62,833 nt of DNA from Chthoniobacteraceae bacterium. Lineage in GTDB: Bacteria > Verrucomicrobiota > Verrucomicrobiia > Chthoniobacterales > Chthoniobacteraceae. Position 1 is the first letter of the stretch. Every line of letters begins with the position of its first letter. The stretch covers positions 1-62,833 of the forward strand of contig JBEBGD010000021.1 of the NCBI GenBank assembly GCA_040081625.1, in the 5' to 3' direction. The notes beneath the pieces were generated by a model. It saw only the letters and a program-made list of their open reading frames with translations, searched no databases and was not told the origin of the DNA. Of this stretch, positions 1 through 9,904 are shown in pieces. Position numbers and translations under genes: made by a program.

Positions 1-575
1 AGCGTGTCGTAGCGGTCGAACGGCGCGATTTTGATGCCGACGACATTTTCGATTTCCACCAGCTCGCGCCAGAACGCATACGGCAGCCGGATGCCGCCGA
101 TGCCCGTCGGCAGGTAGAAGCCGAACATCGGCATCACGCGCGCCAGTTCGCGCATGTGATGAATCATCTCCTGCTCCATCGCGCCGCCGAACGCGCCCAT
201 CGAGGCGATGCCGAAGTGATAGCCCAGTTCGCGCGCCTGCTCCGCCTGCTTCAGCGCGGATTCGGTGCGGCCGTTGAAGCCTGCAATCTTTGCGATGGTG
301 CGGCCGGTCCTGGCGGAATGGCGGTCAATCTCATCCGCGCAGACGCGGAGCACCGGCTCGAAGAGGTCGATGCCCGGCGTGCGAATCTCGAACTGCGTGA
401 AGTGCATCCCCACCGCGATGCCACCGACACCCGCGTCGATGTAGTAGCGCATCAGCGCGCGCTGGCGGCGTTCGTCGAACTGGCGTTTCGAGTTGAGCGC
501 GAGCGGCGCGGCGGGAATCACCGTGCCGCGACGAATGATGTCGAGGACGGCGGGTGGAAGGTCGGTGCGGTTCAT
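1..575 (-). CDS. Dihydrodipicolinate synthase (DHDPS/NAL) family aldolase/dehydratase, 3' end runs off the window
   Basis: Not in ORF track. Manual translation from ATG at 575: MNRTDLPPAVLDIIRRGTVIPAAPLALNSKRQFDERRQRALMRYYIDAGVGGIAVGMHFTQFEIR..., later GFYLPTGIGG and VVEIENVVGIKIAPF (Schiff-base Lys context). Confidence 0.85.
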   Translation of the reverse strand, partial: MNRTDLPPAVLDIIRRGTVIPAAPLALNSKRQFDERRQRALMRYYIDAGVGGIAVGMHFTQFEIRTPGIDLFEPVLRVCADEIDRHSARTGRTIAKIAGFNGRTESALKQAEQARELGYHFGIASMGAFGGAMEQEMIHHMRELARVMPMFGFYLPTGIGGIRLPYAFWRELVEIENVVGIKIAPFDRYDT

Positions 576-632
576 GGGGCGGAAAAGACAATCTGGCTGA
601 GACGATGCCGGGAATCGCGGCATCGCATCCGC

Positions 633-823
633 GTCCCGGAGGGACGCAGGAAATTAGCCGGTGGTGAAGCGAGGAACGAGCGGAACCACCGGACAAAAGC
701 GAAATGCGAATGCACCCCGGCAGGGGTGCCGGAATCTTCCGCCGCCCCTGCCGGGGCGGACCGCGTTGGGCGGGTAATCCGGGGGTTGGAACCCCCGGCT
801 AATTTCCGGTGTCCCTCCGGGAC
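633..823. repeat. REP/REPIN-like nested palindromic intergenic element (~190 bp)
   Basis: GTCCCGGAGGGAC (633-645) is the reverse complement of 811-823; GGAAATTAGCCGG (649-661) of 795-807; CCCCGGCAGGGG (715-726) of 745-756; internal hairpins at 658-692 and 779-798. Confidence 0.75.
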
Positions 824-855
824 ACAAGACGGATGCGCAGCACGAGTGGAAGCAG

Positions 856-2283
856 TCATAGCGCGACGGTTTCAAACTCGTTCATCGGCAGGTCCGCCGC
901 GACGCCGAACGGCGCGGCATTCACCGAGACGAGATTCAATTCGCCGCCGCGCACGTCCAGCCGCGCGAAACCTTCGAGCCGCGTGTAGAGGTCGCCGTGC
1001 TTCGCCAGCATCGCGTCGCTGATGGCGGAGGGAAACATCGAGAGGCCGCGGAAGTAGTGATGGCCGTTGCGCTCCACGGTGGCATTGCCCATCGCGGCGT
1101 GGGCCGCGAGGTCTTGCAGCAGCGCCACGGGACCGATGTTCACGAGGTCTTCGCCGCTCATCTGATGCCGCTGCGTGCCGCCGATGGCGTTGCGGTGATT
1201 GATGAGGCAGCGGTGCATCACGCCCTTCATCACGCCCTTGCAGTTCTTGTGGCTCGTGCCCGCGTAGCCGAGTTCCAGCGCGAGTTCGAGGTCGCTGATT
1301 TCCGCGTCGGATTCGTCAATGATCATCGGCGGGCCGCCCTTCCACTCCTTGATCTTCGCGATCTTCGGATCGAGCGCGACCGAGCGATAGAGCGGCTGCT
1401 CGATGAAGATCAGCTTCTCGAAAAACGGCTTCAGCTCCGCGTCGGCCTGAATGCGCTCCCACAGCTCCACGAACTTCGGGAACTCCTTGTATTGCTCGTT
1501 GCCGTCGAGCGTGAAGGCGTAGTCGCGTCCGCACTGCTGCGTCACGACTGCCGCGATCTGCTGCAAGCGCGCGAGATCATTCTCCACATCGCCGCGCACC
1601 TTGAGCTTGAAATGATGCAGGCCGTAAAACTTCACGCAGTCCTCCAGCGTCTGCGGCAGTCCGTCCGCCAGCGCCTCGCCCGCGGGCACGTCCGCCGCCG
1701 TGAGCGGATCGGACAAGCCGATCGTGTGACGCGCGATCACCTTCGAAAGCGGCTGCGCGGGCAGGAAATCGCGCGGCGCGCGGCCCTTCAACTCGGGATG
1801 AATCGCGCCGAGATCGATGCCCGGCAGATTTTCGCGCAGCAGCGTGGAAAGATTCACCCCATGCGCGCGGGCCAGCGCATCCAGCATCGTGCGCTCCACC
1901 ATGCTCACGCCGAAGTGCGCCAGCAGCGGCGGCAGTCCGCGCTCCGCCACCCACGGCATCTGCGCCGCGTAAAGCTGCCGCCAGAACTCGAACGCGCTGC
2001 CGGCCGGAATCTCCCGCGCAAACGCCACCGCCTGCCGGATCACCAGCAGCAGTTCATCCAGTTCCTGCTGCGGCCCTTTGTCCGGCGACTTGTCGAACCA
2101 CTTCGGCAGCAGCCCCTCCGCCGCGATGCCCGTCACCGCCTTCCCGCCGATCTCGAAGCTGCCGTGCAGGAACACATGCGGCGCCTCCGTCATCACCGCG
2201 ATGCCAAATCGGAACGGCATGCGGGTTTTCGTGGCGTGGCGATGCAGCGTGGCGTCAACGAGGCGGAGTTTGGGCGGTGTCAT
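856..2283 (-). CDS. Enolase-superfamily (mandelate racemase/dehydratase-like) protein
   Basis: KxK motif (HFKLKV), metal ligands in LDGNEQ, IEQP and IDES; N-terminal capping domain RMPFRFG. Confidence 0.75.
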   Translation of the reverse strand: MTPPKLRLVDATLHRHATKTRMPFRFGIAVMTEAPHVFLHGSFEIGGKAVTGIAAEGLLPKWFDKSPDKGPQQELDELLLVIRQAVAFAREIPAGSAFEFWRQLYAAQMPWVAERGLPPLLAHFGVSMVERTMLDALARAHGVNLSTLLRENLPGIDLGAIHPELKGRAPRDFLPAQPLSKVIARHTIGLSDPLTAADVPAGEALADGLPQTLEDCVKFYGLHHFKLKVRGDVENDLARLQQIAAVVTQQCGRDYAFTLDGNEQYKEFPKFVELWERIQADAELKPFFEKLIFIEQPLYRSVALDPKIAKIKEWKGGPPMIIDESDAEISDLELALELGYAGTSHKNCKGVMKGVMHRCLINHRNAIGGTQRHQMSGEDLVNIGPVALLQDLAAHAAMGNATVERNGHHYFRGLSMFPSAISDAMLAKHGDLYTRLEGFARLDVRGGELNLVSVNAAPFGVAADLPMNEFETVAL

Positions 2284-2325
2284 GATTGCGAGTTGAGATT
2301 GTTTCTGCGCCAGCCTAGCCTGCGC

Positions 2326-3246
2326 ATGGTGTCACGTTCCACTCAATCCGCGCCAAAGACTGTGCGAAATCCGCAGCTTCCGGGCGCCGCGCTCGGTTTC
2401 TCGCCGCTCGGTCTCGATCCCGCCTTCCCGCTCGACATCGTCCTCGACGGCCAGCGCGACGACCAGGCGATCACGCAGCTCCACATCCATGACGCGCTGG
2501 AAATCGGCTGCTGCCTCGAGGGCTCGGGGACGTTCTACATCGGCTCGAAGATTCTGCCGTTTCATCAGGGCGACGTGACCGTCATCACCGACCGCGAATT
2601 TCACCGCTGCCGCAGCAGCCCCGGAACGCGCAGCCGCTGGGCGTGGTTCTTCCTTCATCCACCGCGACTCCTCGTGCCGCACGCCACGCCCGCACTGGCG
2701 TGGGAGCCCGAGCGATTCTGCGGACCGAAGTTCACCAACGTCATCGCCGCCGCTGCGCATCCAGCCATCGCGGCACTCGCCAGCCAGCTCATCGCCGAAG
2801 CCCGCCAGACAGACGCGCACGTCCGCACCAATCTTCGCGCGCTGCTCGTGCTCCTGTTGAACGAACTCCACCGCCGGTTCCCCAAGCCGCGCCGCAAAGC
2901 GAAGGCCGACCACAGCGCCCGCGCCCTGACGCGCATCGCGCCTGCCTTGCAAATGACTGCCTCCCATTTCCACAAGCCACTCACGATTCCCGAACTCGCA
3001 CAATGCTGTGCCATGAGCGTGCGGAACTTTCAGCTTCAGTTCACCCGACTGATGGGCCTCAGTCCGCAAGCGCACCTGCTCAACAGCCGCATCCAGGCCG
3101 CCGCCGCGCTGCTCGCCGACAAGGAACGCTCCATCGCCGACATCGCCTACGCCTGCGGCTTCAACACCCTCTCGTCCTTCAACCGCGCCTTTAAGGCCAT
3201 GCACGAGAAAAGCCCGCGCGAGTATCGCACTCGGAGGCGCCCTTGA
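2326..3246 (+). CDS. AraC family transcriptional regulator (cupin + double HTH)
   Basis: LHIHDALEIG cupin motif; C-terminal SIADIAYACGFNTLSSFNRAFK..SPREYR signature. Real start is probably ATG 2326; the 997-2325 part of the ORF is antisense shadow. Confidence 0.9.
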   Translation: MVSRSTQSAPKTVRNPQLPGAALGFSPLGLDPAFPLDIVLDGQRDDQAITQLHIHDALEIGCCLEGSGTFYIGSKILPFHQGDVTVITDREFHRCRSSPGTRSRWAWFFLHPPRLLVPHATPALAWEPERFCGPKFTNVIAAAAHPAIAALASQLIAEARQTDAHVRTNLRALLVLLLNELHRRFPKPRRKAKADHSARALTRIAPALQMTASHFHKPLTIPELAQCCAMSVRNFQLQFTRLMGLSPQAHLLNSRIQAAAALLADKERSIADIAYACGFNTLSSFNRAFKAMHEKSPREYRTRRRP

Positions 3247-3278
3247 GACAACTTCAAGCCGAACAAGTCAGCGCTCTA

Positions 3279-3781
3279 ATGAACCCATTCCTCGCACTCG
3301 TTTCAGTTATGTTACTGTCGGCACTTTCTGTTTCCGCCGCGACGAGGCCCAAATTCGTCATCATCTTCACCGACGACCAGGGCTACGGCGATCTCAGTTG
3401 CTTTGGCGGCAAACACATCAGCACTCCGCGCATCGACCAGATGGCAGCAGAGGGATCGAGGCTGACGAGTTTCTACGTCGCTGCTCCCGTCTGCCGGTGC
3501 TCAACGGGAGCGCCAAGACTCCGCACGCCACTTTCTTCTACCCCGGCGGCAACGACCTCAAGGCCGTGCGCGCAGGGAAGTGGAAGCTCCACGTCAACAA
3601 GGGCAAACCCACGGCACTCTACGATCTGGAGACCGACATCGGCGAAACCAAGGAGATGAGGGCGGCGCAGCCGGCGATCACTGAACGGCTCACCGGTTAC
3701 GTCGCCGAGTTTGCCAAAGACATCGCCGGGCACAGCCGTCCGGCGGCTTTCGCCGAACATCCGAAACCGCTACCCAAGTAG
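3279..3781 (+). pseudogene. Arylsulfatase (family S1) remnant with large internal deletion and frameshift
   Basis: Signal peptide + PKFVIIFTDDQGYGDLSCFG..TPRIDQMAAEG..FYVAAPVC ends at the catalytic Cys (~3494). A different frame then gives the sulfatase C-terminus AVRAGKWKLH..LYDLETDIGE. Confidence 0.85.
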
Positions 3782-3831
3782 CCGGAGCAGATTCACCATT
3801 CACCCGCTCCAACCTCATGCACCACGCGACC

Positions 3832-4329
3832 ATGAAATCCGACACCCGCGCCTTCACGCAGAGCCATGTTTCACGCCGCTCCTTCCTGAAGGCCGCAGGC
3901 ATTTCCATCGCGCTTCCCGCATTTGAATCTCTCGCGGCTTCGTCCCAAGCGAAGCCGCCAATGCGGATGGTGTGCAATCTGGAGGAGAAGCTGAAGCAGC
4001 ACCGCATCATCGAGACTTTCTACATCGCGCAGATGGCCCGCTTCATGGAGAAGCTCAAGAGCCCCCGCACCGAACGCAGCCACCTGCTCAATGAAACGAT
4101 GGTTTTCTTTGGCAGCGGTTTCGGCGATGCAGCGCGCCACTCGAATCGTGACCTGCCGCTGGTGCTCGCCGGTGGCGGCTTCAAACACGGCGCGCATCTC
4201 GACTGCAAGGGGCCCGGTGGAGCGCAGACGCCGTTGAACAACCTGTTCACGACGATGCTGCAAACCTTCGGCGTCGAAACCAACCGCTTCAACAACGCCA
4301 CCGGATCCATGAGCCAACTGCGAGCATGA
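3832..4329 (+). pseudogene. DUF1552-family protein remnant (in-frame internal deletion)
   Basis: Tat-like SRRSFLKAAGISIALPAFESL..PMRMVC joined at ~3975 directly to the family C-terminus (LLNETMVFFGSG..HSNRDLPLVLAGGGFKHG..PLNNLFTTMLQ). Only ~165 aa; typical members are ~400+ aa. Confidence 0.75.
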
Positions 4330-4382
4330 GATTGCAAAGAGGACGGCCGCGGAACACGCCAGAATCCTGACCAGACAAAACT

Positions 4383-7300
4383 ATGAAAAAGCTGATTTCA
4401 CTCTTGGGAAAGCTCACCGGAACCATCGTGGTCATGGGCTTTTTGCCGACCATGCTGCGTGCGGAACCCAAGTTCATTGAGCAGTTCAAGTTCAGCGGCG
4501 GCATTGTGGTGGCGCTGGACTTCGATGATGGGAAGTTCATCGCGGATCTGGCGACCGACGGCCCGTTCGTGGTTCACGGGCTTTTGAGGGATGAAGCCCG
4601 TGTCGCGGCGGCACGGCAGCAGATCCGGCAAGCCGGTGTTTACGGAAAGGTCTCCTGCGATGGCTACAACGGGACCGACCTGCCCTATGTGGATGGCTTG
4701 GTGAATCTGTTGCTCTGCAAGGACTCGTGCAAGGTGCCGGAGGCGGAACTGATGCGGGTGCTCGTTCCCGGCGGGCGTCTCGTGAGGGAAGGGCCGAACG
4801 GATGGAAGAAGACGGCGAAGAAGGCTCCCGCTGGGTTGGACGAGTGGAACCAGTTTCTGCACAGCGCGGACAACAACGGGGTCTCGCTGGATGATGTGGG
4901 TCCGCCGCAACGACTCCGCTGGCACGACACGCCGGAATACGGACGCTCCAAGGCGCTGTCCCCATCTTTCACCAACATGGTCTCCGCCGATGGCGTGCTG
5001 CTCACCATCGAGGACCGGGCGACGACCGAGGACATCAATGCACCCGTCGAGTATTACTTGGTCGCGCGGGACGGGTTCAACGGCATCGAGCTGTGGAAGC
5101 GGCCGATGGAGCAGTGGAGCGGGTGGCAAACTCAAAGCATCAAGTCGATCCCGACCCAGCAGCAGCGCTGTCTGGCAGCAGTGGGCGACGTGGTTTATGT
5201 CTGTGGTGGATTCGGCGGCCCAGTCTCGTCCTTTGTGATTCGGACGGGTGCTCAGCGGCAGGTGTATGAACAGACGAAAGGCACCGCCGAGTTTGCCATA
5301 GATGGCAAAACGCTCTACGCGATCAGAGGAACTGCCTACAAGGTTTCAAAGAGAGCGACGGAGGGCGGTGCCGTAGAGCTTTGCGCGGTCGATTTGGCGA
5401 AGGGCAACCTACTCTGGAGTCACCCCATCGCGGACGAATACACCGGCGGCACCTTCGCGGTGAAAGGCAGCCGCGTGGTGTATCACAGCACCAGCGGATT
5501 GACCTGTCTCGACACTGCGAGCGGGAAGGTGCTGTGGACTGAAACGGTGGTAATTGAAGTCGCACCCGAGAAGAAAAATGCAGCAAAGCGAAACAAGAAG
5601 CCCACCGCGCCGCTTGGATTTTCCTGCAACCTCCATCCCACGCTCGTGCTGACGGATGACACGCTCTTTTGCGCCATCGATGCCTCGATGACGGCGAAGA
5701 GTCTGGCCGATGGCAAAACGCTCTGGTCGGCGCCTGCCGGGCAGAACTACATGAAGAGCACCGAGATCTTCGTGGCCGATGGATTGGTGTGGAGCCGCGA
5801 CATGAAGGGGCACGATGCCAGGACCGGCAAGGTGGTCCGCACCTTGGCGCAGGAGATGAACGGCCCCATGTCGCACGACCGCTGTTACCGCAACCGCATC
5901 ACCCATCGCTACTACCTGAACAGCGCGTCGGGCGGCACCGACTTTGTGAAGCTGGATGGGACCGCGGAGACTCCGAACCCCTGGGCGCGCTCGACCTGCG
6001 GCCTGGCGGTGATGCCGGCCAATGGCATGCTCTACAGCGGCCCCTATGTCTGCCAGTGCGCGATTGGCACGATGGCCACCGGCGTGAACGGATTCTACAA
6101 CGGCTCCGGCAACACCGACCAACGCTTCACCGTGAAGATCGAGCCGCGGTTGGTGAAAGGGCCGGCCTTTGGAAAAGTCGAGGGCGCGGCTGCCACGGCG
6201 GACGATTGGCCGACCTATCGCTTTTCCGCCATGCGCAGCGGCGTCACGCCGGGACGCACCCCGGAAGCGCTCGCCACGAAATGGAAGGTGGATGTGGGAT
6301 CGCATCCCACCGCGCCGGTCGTCGCTGGCGAGAGTGTCTATGTCGCGGATCGCGATGGCTACACGCTCTACTCGCTGGATCGCGAGAGTGGAGAAACGCG
6401 TTGGACATTCATCGCCGACGGACGCATCGACAGTCCGCCCACTTATCACAAGGGCATGATCCTGGTCGGCAGTCGCAGCGGCTCGGTCTATTGCCTGCGC
6501 GCATCCGACGGAGAGTTGGCGTGGAAGTTCAGCGGAATGCCGGAGCGGCGGCTGATCTGCGACATAGGCCGGCTCGAGTCCGCCTGGCCGGTGCATGGCA
6601 GCATCATGGTGCTGGAAGACACCGCCTACTTCGCTGCGGGACGGAGCACGTTTCTGGATGGCGGCATCGCCGTGTTCGCGCTGGACCCGGTCACCGGCGC
6701 GGTGAAGCACCACCGAATCATGCAGGGCCCCTATCAGGATGACACTCGCAGTTTCCCGATCCCGGCCAAGGGCACGTTCCAGTTGCAAGGCGGCAAGGCC
6801 GACCTCTTCTCCTGCGCGGGCGACGAGTTGTTTATGCGGAATCAGGCCTTCAAGCCCGATCTGGAGCCGATCGTGTCCGAAAGTGTGAAGACGCTGCACT
6901 TGCTGGCCACTCCCGGTTTCCTGAACGACTCGCCGCAGCATCGGACCTACTGGACGGTCGATAAGGATCTGCGCTACGGCGGCGCCATGGGAAAGTTCGG
7001 TTCCGGCCCGGCGGGCGACACCATCGCCTTTGATGGCAAGCTGTTCTATGAAGTCCGCGGCTATGCGCCCGGTCGCAATCTGCCTGGCCGTGGACGCGAC
7101 GCTGATCCGCTGGAGCTCTACACCGTCTATTCCGGCAGCTACGGCGGCATGGGTGAGCAAGAGAATCCCAAACAGGTTGGCGGTAAGAACAAGGATGACG
7201 AGCGGGGATCTGATATTCCGGCGCTAGGCCGCTGGACGGAGCGCTGGACCACGCCCACGCCCTTCGCCGGCCACGCCGTTGCCGCCGCGGATAATACAAT

Positions 7301-7529
7301 GCTCGCAGCCGGTGTTCCCATGCTCAAAGGCTACACCGTGGACGACACCAACGCCTCCTACGGCGGAAAGAAGGGCGGCATCGCCTGGCTGCTCGACACC
7401 AAGGACGGTCGCCAACTGCAAGAGTTGCGCTTCGACGCCGCGCCGGTCTGGGACGGAATCGCCATCGCCCACGGCAGCTACTTCGTCTCGTTGAAGGATG
7501 GCTCGGTGGTTTGTCTTTCGGGGAAGTAG
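4383..7529 (+). CDS. Large secreted PQQ-like double beta-propeller protein with N-terminal methyltransferase-like fold
   Basis: Signal peptide; DLPYVDGLVNL..ELMRVLVPGG segment; repeated LW/W propeller blades (RDGFNGIELWKR, DDWPTYR, SGETRWTF, ESAWPVHGS). Confidence 0.8.
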   Translation: MKKLISLLGKLTGTIVVMGFLPTMLRAEPKFIEQFKFSGGIVVALDFDDGKFIADLATDGPFVVHGLLRDEARVAAARQQIRQAGVYGKVSCDGYNGTDLPYVDGLVNLLLCKDSCKVPEAELMRVLVPGGRLVREGPNGWKKTAKKAPAGLDEWNQFLHSADNNGVSLDDVGPPQRLRWHDTPEYGRSKALSPSFTNMVSADGVLLTIEDRATTEDINAPVEYYLVARDGFNGIELWKRPMEQWSGWQTQSIKSIPTQQQRCLAAVGDVVYVCGGFGGPVSSFVIRTGAQRQVYEQTKGTAEFAIDGKTLYAIRGTAYKVSKRATEGGAVELCAVDLAKGNLLWSHPIADEYTGGTFAVKGSRVVYHSTSGLTCLDTASGKVLWTETVVIEVAPEKKNAAKRNKKPTAPLGFSCNLHPTLVLTDDTLFCAIDASMTAKSLADGKTLWSAPAGQNYMKSTEIFVADGLVWSRDMKGHDARTGKVVRTLAQEMNGPMSHDRCYRNRITHRYYLNSASGGTDFVKLDGTAETPNPWARSTCGLAVMPANGMLYSGPYVCQCAIGTMATGVNGFYNGSGNTDQRFTVKIEPRLVKGPAFGKVEGAAATADDWPTYRFSAMRSGVTPGRTPEALATKWKVDVGSHPTAPVVAGESVYVADRDGYTLYSLDRESGETRWTFIADGRIDSPPTYHKGMILVGSRSGSVYCLRASDGELAWKFSGMPERRLICDIGRLESAWPVHGSIMVLEDTAYFAAGRSTFLDGGIAVFALDPVTGAVKHHRIMQGPYQDDTRSFPIPAKGTFQLQGGKADLFSCAGDELFMRNQAFKPDLEPIVSESVKTLHLLATPGFLNDSPQHRTYWTVDKDLRYGGAMGKFGSGPAGDTIAFDGKLFYEVRGYAPGRNLPGRGRDADPLELYTVYSGSYGGMGEQENPKQVGGKNKDDERGSDIPALGRWTERWTTPTPFAGHAVAAADNTMLAAGVPMLKGYTVDDTNASYGGKKGGIAWLLDTKDGRQLQELRFDAAPVWDGIAIAHGSYFVSLKDGSVVCLSGK

Positions 7530-7613
7530 AAAGAATGCGCTGACCTACTCACCAACTCTCCTCCGTTTCCAAATGCTCGTATCCTCGATGATTCAGTCTG
7601 CGTCCGACCAACC

Positions 7614-8579
7614 ATGAAGCACACGCTCGCACTGATCACCGCCATCCTCCTCGCATCGCTATGCGAGCTTCACGCGGCCGATGCGCTGCCGCCGTTCAGT
7701 TGGGACCACGTGCCCGTGTATGCCCACGTCGGCAAACGGTCGGGCGACTTCACCACCGAGGAACTGGACTTCCTTGCGAAGCATTTCGACTTCATCACGA
7801 TCGAAAAGGACCAGGCGAGCGGCAAGCACGGCAGCACCGAGGCGGGCTTCACCGTAGCGGCGCGGGAAATCAAGAAGCGGAACCCACGCGCGAAGGTGCT
7901 GTTTTACTGGAACGCGTCGTTGGATACAGCTTCCGGCAGGGGTGAATATGCGGCGATGCGCACCTTCCCCGCCGATGGGTATCTGAAAGACGGCGACGGA
8001 AAGGCGGTGATGAGGCGCAAGACGGTTCCGAATTACGACCTGTTGCGAAAGGATGTCCGCGATTGGTGGTCGGATGCGGCGGCGAAGGCCGTGGGCGAGT
8101 ATGGGGCCGACGGGATTTTTGCCGATGCGATGGGCCAGGATCGGACGAAGGGCATGAGTGACGGGCAGTTCACTGCGCTCGTGGCTGCGCGCGTTTCATT
8201 GCTGGATGAAACGCGCCGCAAAATCGGCCCCGACAAGCTCATCGTTTACAACGGGCTGATGAAGGATGACCCGAAGAAGCTGCTGCAATTCGCCGACGGC
8301 GCGATGATCGAGCGCTTCGGCCATTTCGACACTGGCTCCAGTAAGGAACAGATCGCTGAGTTTATCGAAGCGACGCAGGCCGCCGGTCGAGACGGGAAGG
8401 TTGTCCTGCTCAAGGCGTGGCCGGGCCTTTCGTATCGGGAAGCGGGGCCGACGAGGTGTTGTCCTCGGCTTACATGTTTGAATGCATTCGTGCCGGTTTC
8501 TCCGGGCTCAACGGCTGGCTTGCGATTGGAACGCCAAATCAGGGCCACTCTTACATCCTCAACGAGAACAGCACGGTGA
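7614..8579 (+). pseudogene. Putative glycoside hydrolase (GHL15/GH168 fucanase-like), C-terminally truncated at ~8445
   Basis: FSWDHVPVYAH, LAKHFDFITIEK, NPRAKVLFYWN, ADGIFAD, ADGAMIERF and KAWPG motifs. After KAWPGLSYRE the frame turns into non-homologous residues. Confidence 0.7.
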
Positions 8580-9904
8580 CGCGCAATGTGAAGCATTTCA
8601 TCTTCAGAAAGCTCAGCACCACCTCCAACTACGGGTATGCGCTGGATATCAACCAGCCTGCCGAGTTTTCCGTCGGTGTGGCCAGTGATCAAGCGGATGC
8701 GGGAACGTCCACATCAGCGCTCATTCGCGGAAATCTGATGACGGTCTGGGTCATGAACCACTCCGTCAACTCACTGCCCATACGCATCAGCCCAACCGGC
8801 AGAACCGTGTCAGAGGCGACAGCCAAAAGGACGAGATGGAGCGAGGTCGCGGGCCTTTCCGTGGATGGTGTGGCCGACTCTATCCCCACCACCTCCAACA
8901 CCTCCGTCTGGTCCACCATCGCGGGTAATTCGGTCTATTGTTACGAAGTCCTGTTGAATCCAATCGGCCCGCAGTTCACCAGGATCGAGGCCGAAAGCTT
9001 TGCCGCGAATTCAGGCACCGCTACCGAAACCTGCGCCGACGTTGGCGGTGGACTCAATGTGACCAATATCGTCAACAACAACTGGCTCCGCTTTGACAAC
9101 CTCATCCCCGTCACCGACGCCGTCCTCCGCTTCCGCGTCGCTCGTTCCACGGGTGCGCCGGATAGCCGGATCGAGGTGCGTCTCGACAGCGTCACCGGCA
9201 CCGTCATCGGGTCCATTGCCGTCCCGGAAACGGGTGGCAGCCAGATCTGGGAAACGATCGAAGCTCCACTTGCGCCCGTGAGCGGCTCACACTCCATCTA
9301 TTTGAAGTTCGTGGAAAACGGCAGCAGCACCGGCACCGCGCTGTTGAACCTCAATTCGTTCTCGATCCTCGCAGCCACCGCTCCGGGCAGCTTTGCCAGC
9401 GCGCCAGACTCCACCACGCAGATCGCGCTTAGTTGGGCCGCCGTCGCCGGTGCGACCAGCTATGAAGTGAGTCGCTCCACCGCCATCGGCGGGCCATACA
9501 CCACCATCGCCACGGGACTCACAGGCACATCATACGCCGATTCCGGCCTGACCGGCGGCACTCGCTATTACTACAAGATCAGGGCGGTGTTCAGCGGCGT
9601 GGCGAGCGCAGATTCCACGACGATCAGCACCGTCACTTCCAATCCCATCACCGCAGCCAACGTCGCCATCGGTTCGGTCAGCAGCGAATCCAACGGCGGG
9701 GGCGGCACCGACTTCCGCATCACCATGCCCAGTTCCGGGTTGGGTCAATTCTATCAGGTCTTGGGGTCTGGTGATCTGGCGAGTCCGATCTGGGTGAACG
9801 AAAGCGCCGTGTTGATGGGCAACGGTGGACTGCTGCAATTCGACCTCCCAATCGCGTTGGGCACCGCGCGGCGCTTCTACAAGGTCAAGGTGTGGCGAGA
9901 GTGA
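8440..9904 (+). pseudogene. C-terminal remnant of a modular glycoside hydrolase: end of catalytic module + CBM6 + FN3 + C-terminal domain
   Basis: No signal peptide or plausible start. CBM6 (RIEAES..IEVRLDSVTGTVIG..TGGSQIWET), FN3 (IALSWAAVAGATSYEVSRS..YYYKIRA) and terminal YQVLGSGDL..W..RRFYKV motif. Confidence 0.7.

Noticed and set aside
572..875. Short ORFs 572..859 and 654..875
   Set aside because: They are translations of the palindromic repeat element with no protein-like features.
997..2325. N-terminal 443 aa of the 749-aa ORF 997..3246
   Set aside because: Antisense shadow of the enolase-family gene; AraC homology only begins near ATG 2326.
3480..3500. Programmed frameshift or simple sequencing error restoring the sulfatase
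   Set aside because: Rejoining the frames gives only ~165 aa lacking the PSR motif and most of the catalytic domain; no slippery sequence is present.
4383..7529. Calling the propeller protein BamB or a Ser/Thr kinase
   Set aside because: Far too long, no lipobox and no kinase motifs; only the propeller repeats are shared.
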